From: a virus
Taxonomy: Duplodnaviria; Caudoviricetes
Reading direction: 5' to 3' (one strand)
IMG/VR virus record: IMGVR_UViG_3300030708_003538
Span: 1-29,760 of that record
Length of the DNA: 29,760 nucleotides
This document shows, piece by piece, positions 27,451 through 29,760 of the stretch. Position 1 is the first letter of the stretch. Each line of letters begins with the position of its first letter. The notes under the pieces are model-generated. The model did not search any database. It had not been told where the DNA came from and worked only from the letters and a program-made list of their open reading frames with translations. The translations under genes were made by a program, and so were the position numbers.

Positions 27451-28635
27451 TTTCTTATCTTCTTTGTTCTCAAGTGACTTTTCCGTCCAAACGGAACCTT
27501 CATAACTTTTTGCTGTTCCCGCTCCACCACTATTTGGTCTCTTAGCCATCTCCATACCAATACAACCTTGATAGGTTCCGAGTTTCGATAAATAGTCATT
27601 CATAGGATTACAAATCTCTAACCAACCTCTGTCGGTACTCCACTTCGCGTTGGAATAGACATCACTTATATTAATCAATACATAACCACCTTTCTTAACA
27701 CTACTCCAAAGTTTACCCAAGGTCGAATGTAAGAAATCTTTGTTCCAATCGTCTATGTCCTTGTATCTCACCCAACTTTGTGTATCATCGTAACTATAAC
27801 GCTCCACGCTAAAGTATGGTGGACTCGTAAACACCAAGTCAAAGTATTCATGAAGTGGGTCGAAATCAAAGTCTTCTGCTGGACTACAATGGAAATCACA
27901 CTTCCTCTCGTGTTCGAAGAAACCTAAGTGTTTTTGGTAAAACTTTGATTGTTCTTCATAGATAGGATGGTTCTCCTTTCTTGGGTCTAAACCGACATAG
28001 TGTTTTCCATATTCACTTGCGTAAAATCCTGCTAATCTATCACCCCAACCCATTGAAAAATCAAGTATAGTTTCAGCCTCAAACATATCATATATAATTT
28101 TTGCAACATTAGGTTTGAATTGAGAACAAATATACTTTCTCAATCCAATCATTGTTCTCAATATATTCTTAGTAATCTTAGGCATTTTCAATGAGTATGC
28201 ACTTCCCATAAGTGTTGTCATGAACTTTTCATTTTCCCAAGTTCTCTTTGGGCCAGGTGAAACTGAACCATCAACACTCCACCTATTTTTTATTTGAAAG
28301 TAATTACTTGCCGTGTTACCAGCGTTTAGTCTTCTAAAATATAATGGTTTACCATCGTATTTTAAATCGTAGGTATATTGTGTGCCTTCCCTTGCATACC
28401 AATCACCTTCGACCATAATCTCGTTCCACTTCATACCTTTGAGTTTCATGAAGTCCTTGTAAGCTGTTTTTTCTGTAAGATTGGGATATGGTAGTGGATA
28501 AGTCATAGCGACTTTTGCCAGACTTTCTTTGACATCTTCCTTATCAAATGTTTCTTTTATGTACTCCCATTCCTTTTCATTTATTTCAAGGTAAGGTTTC
28601 ATGTTGTAAAATTTATCAAAGTAATCTAAATACAA
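27418..28635 (-). CDS. Orphan amino-group DNA methyltransferase (tandem paralog 1)
   Basis: SQFKP; LDFSMGWGDRLAG; FTSPPYFSVERY. TTG start, supported by N-terminal alignment with paralog 2 (DYF.KFYNM.PY). Confidence 0.88.
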   Translation of the reverse strand: MYLDYFDKFYNMKPYLEINEKEWEYIKETFDKEDVKESLAKVAMTYPLPYPNLTEKTAYKDFMKLKGMKWNEIMVEGDWYAREGTQYTYDLKYDGKPLYFRRLNAGNTASNYFQIKNRWSVDGSVSPGPKRTWENEKFMTTLMGSAYSLKMPKITKNILRTMIGLRKYICSQFKPNVAKIIYDMFEAETILDFSMGWGDRLAGFYASEYGKHYVGLDPRKENHPIYEEQSKFYQKHLGFFEHERKCDFHCSPAEDFDFDPLHEYFDLVFTSPPYFSVERYSYDDTQSWVRYKDIDDWNKDFLHSTLGKLWSSVKKGGYVLINISDVYSNAKWSTDRGWLEICNPMNDYLSKLGTYQGCIGMEMAKRPNSGGAGTAKSYEGSVWTEKSLENKEDKKFGEPIWVWKK

Positions 28636-29351
28636 ATTTTATCCTTATTAATTTGATTAATGAATTTATTAGCCATCTTTCCTTGCCATTTCACACCGGG
28701 ATGTAGACCATCTTTTGCCATATCAATCTTTTTTCGAAATTTTTTCATGAGTCCATCTTTTCCAATTATATCTGCTGATTTTGAAATGAATGGTATTTCA
28801 AAAGAGTCACATATAGACTTTATCGCTAAAATATTTTTTAAACTTTGTATATACATCTGCTCCTTACTAAAAAGAAATGGGTATTTTATTTTTTTCTTTT
28901 TTTTCTCTTGAACTACCTGCCAAAGAGTTGTATCCTCAAATGGGGCGTGAAAGAATACATATCTACCGGGTGGTGGTGTTAACATACATACGAGTTTTGG
29001 TTTTAACTTAGGTATCCATTTCTGTGCAACAATAAAACTTGCATCATCTCCATGGCCCGTCATAGATAGGTTCCAAACTTTGGTTTGAAAATGTTTTCCA
29101 ACTATCCAAGGCCATGTCTCCCACTCTTGTAACGCGTATCCATAGGTTAACGAACAACCCAAAAAAACAATTCCATTCTCACCCTCAAATGAATCTGAGC
29201 GAAAACCATGTTCGTTTATATTATATTCTACATCATAGCCTTCGTGTTTGTATTGACAATGAGAAATCCAATCATCTATTTCACCAAACTCATATTGGTT
29301 TGGTTGAACCATCCTTTTCACTAATGATTTTGCTTCATCAAAAAAAGTCAT
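28626..29351 (-). CDS. SGNH/GDSL-like hydrolase or acyltransferase
   Basis: NEHGFRS; FLGCSLTYG; WNLSMTG; DGLHPG. Same architecture as 12409-13125. Confidence 0.8.
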   Translation of the reverse strand: MTFFDEAKSLVKRMVQPNQYEFGEIDDWISHCQYKHEGYDVEYNINEHGFRSDSFEGENGIVFLGCSLTYGYALQEWETWPWIVGKHFQTKVWNLSMTGHGDDASFIVAQKWIPKLKPKLVCMLTPPPGRYVFFHAPFEDTTLWQVVQEKKKKKIKYPFLFSKEQMYIQSLKNILAIKSICDSFEIPFISKSADIIGKDGLMKKFRKKIDMAKDGLHPGVKWQGKMANKFINQINKDKICI

Positions 29352-29760
29352 GATTAATAGTCCTTTTCATGTCTAACTTGATTCTTTCATAAAGTTCCTC
29401 TCCATAGGTTGAAACAAGTGCCTCCTTAGATTGTCTCCAAATTTCTTCAACCACATTTTCAATCTCGTCTTCTAATATTAATTCATCTCGTTTATTCTTA
29501 TGTGGTTTTATTAATTTATAATGATACTTACCATTTTCGACCTTATCCAATTCATAGTCTTGTGGTTTTGGACAATGTAAATATGCCCAATTACCAACCA
29601 CGATTCGACCTGATTTATTTGGTTCCAATGGATACATCTTACAAAACACAGGCCTTTCATCTCCTAAAGAACAGCCAGTACCATCTTGACTTAGTAAATC
29701 ACAACATCCATCTTGTGACCATTCTAATTCTAAATCTAAACCAAACTTTTTTCTATACTT
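29338..29760 (-). CDS. YkgJ-like Cys-cluster (Zn/Fe-chelating) protein, 5' end outside the window
   Basis: The frame stays open to the window edge: ...DGCCDLLSQDGTGCSLGDERPVFCKMYP, matching the C..L....C....RP..C..YP motif. Confidence 0.75.
   Translation of the reverse strand, partial: KYRKKFGLDLELEWSQDGCCDLLSQDGTGCSLGDERPVFCKMYPLEPNKSGRIVVGNWAYLHCPKPQDYELDKVENGKYHYKLIKPHKNKRDELILEDEIENVVEEIWRQSKEALVSTYGEELYERIKLDMKRTINHDFF

Larger units (their letters stand above)
1..29760 (-). mobile_element. Segment of a large dsDNA bacteriophage genome (replication-accessory and modification gene region)
   Basis: Single coding strand, near-zero intergenic space, gp44/RFC-like and gp62-like clamp-loader genes, orphan MTases, DUF1599 and many glycosyltransferase, 2OG and radical SAM genes. 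No cellular housekeeping operon. No capsid, terminase or integrase gene in the window, so this is an inference. Confidence 0.8.

Noticed and set aside
486-29353. All plus-strand ORFs in the track (60-164 aa) and the short nested minus-strand ORFs at 12573, 19334, 21785, 26692 and 27369
   Set aside because: Each lies within or across a well-supported minus-strand gene, has no recognisable motif, and looks like an antisense or alternate-frame shadow.
1-29760. Stop-codon recoding or selenocysteine read-through
   Set aside because: Genes are full length under the standard code, and TAA, TAG and TGA all end genes at the expected family boundaries.

Overview
An AT-rich (roughly 30% GC by eye), wall-to-wall coding region. 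About 40 real genes all lie on the minus strand and most overlap their neighbours by 1-23 bp. The content fits a large dsDNA bacteriophage rather than a cellular chromosome: a gp44/RFC-like and a gp62-like clamp-loader subunit, two ClpP-like proteases, a PD-(D/E)XK nuclease, thioredoxin, DUF1599, a SLOG protein and three orphan SPPY-type DNA methyltransferases. Interleaved with these is a dense set of modifying enzymes: about 10 glycosyltransferases of about 7 family types (one fused to a long MORN-variant repeat array), 2 radical SAM proteins, 2 2OG-Fe(II) oxygenases, an amidinotransferase, 2 SGNH-like hydrolases and a small-molecule methyltransferase. Most notable are (i) a two-gene cassette of a DUF5020/Tsx-like outer-membrane channel plus a YhhQ/VUT queuosine-precursor transporter, and (ii) three apparently circularly permuted ATP-grasp-like proteins, one carrying a C-terminal Hint domain that lacks its catalytic residues. 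No rRNA, tRNA, CRISPR array or IS element was recognised. All family calls come from motif recognition by eye, not from database searches.
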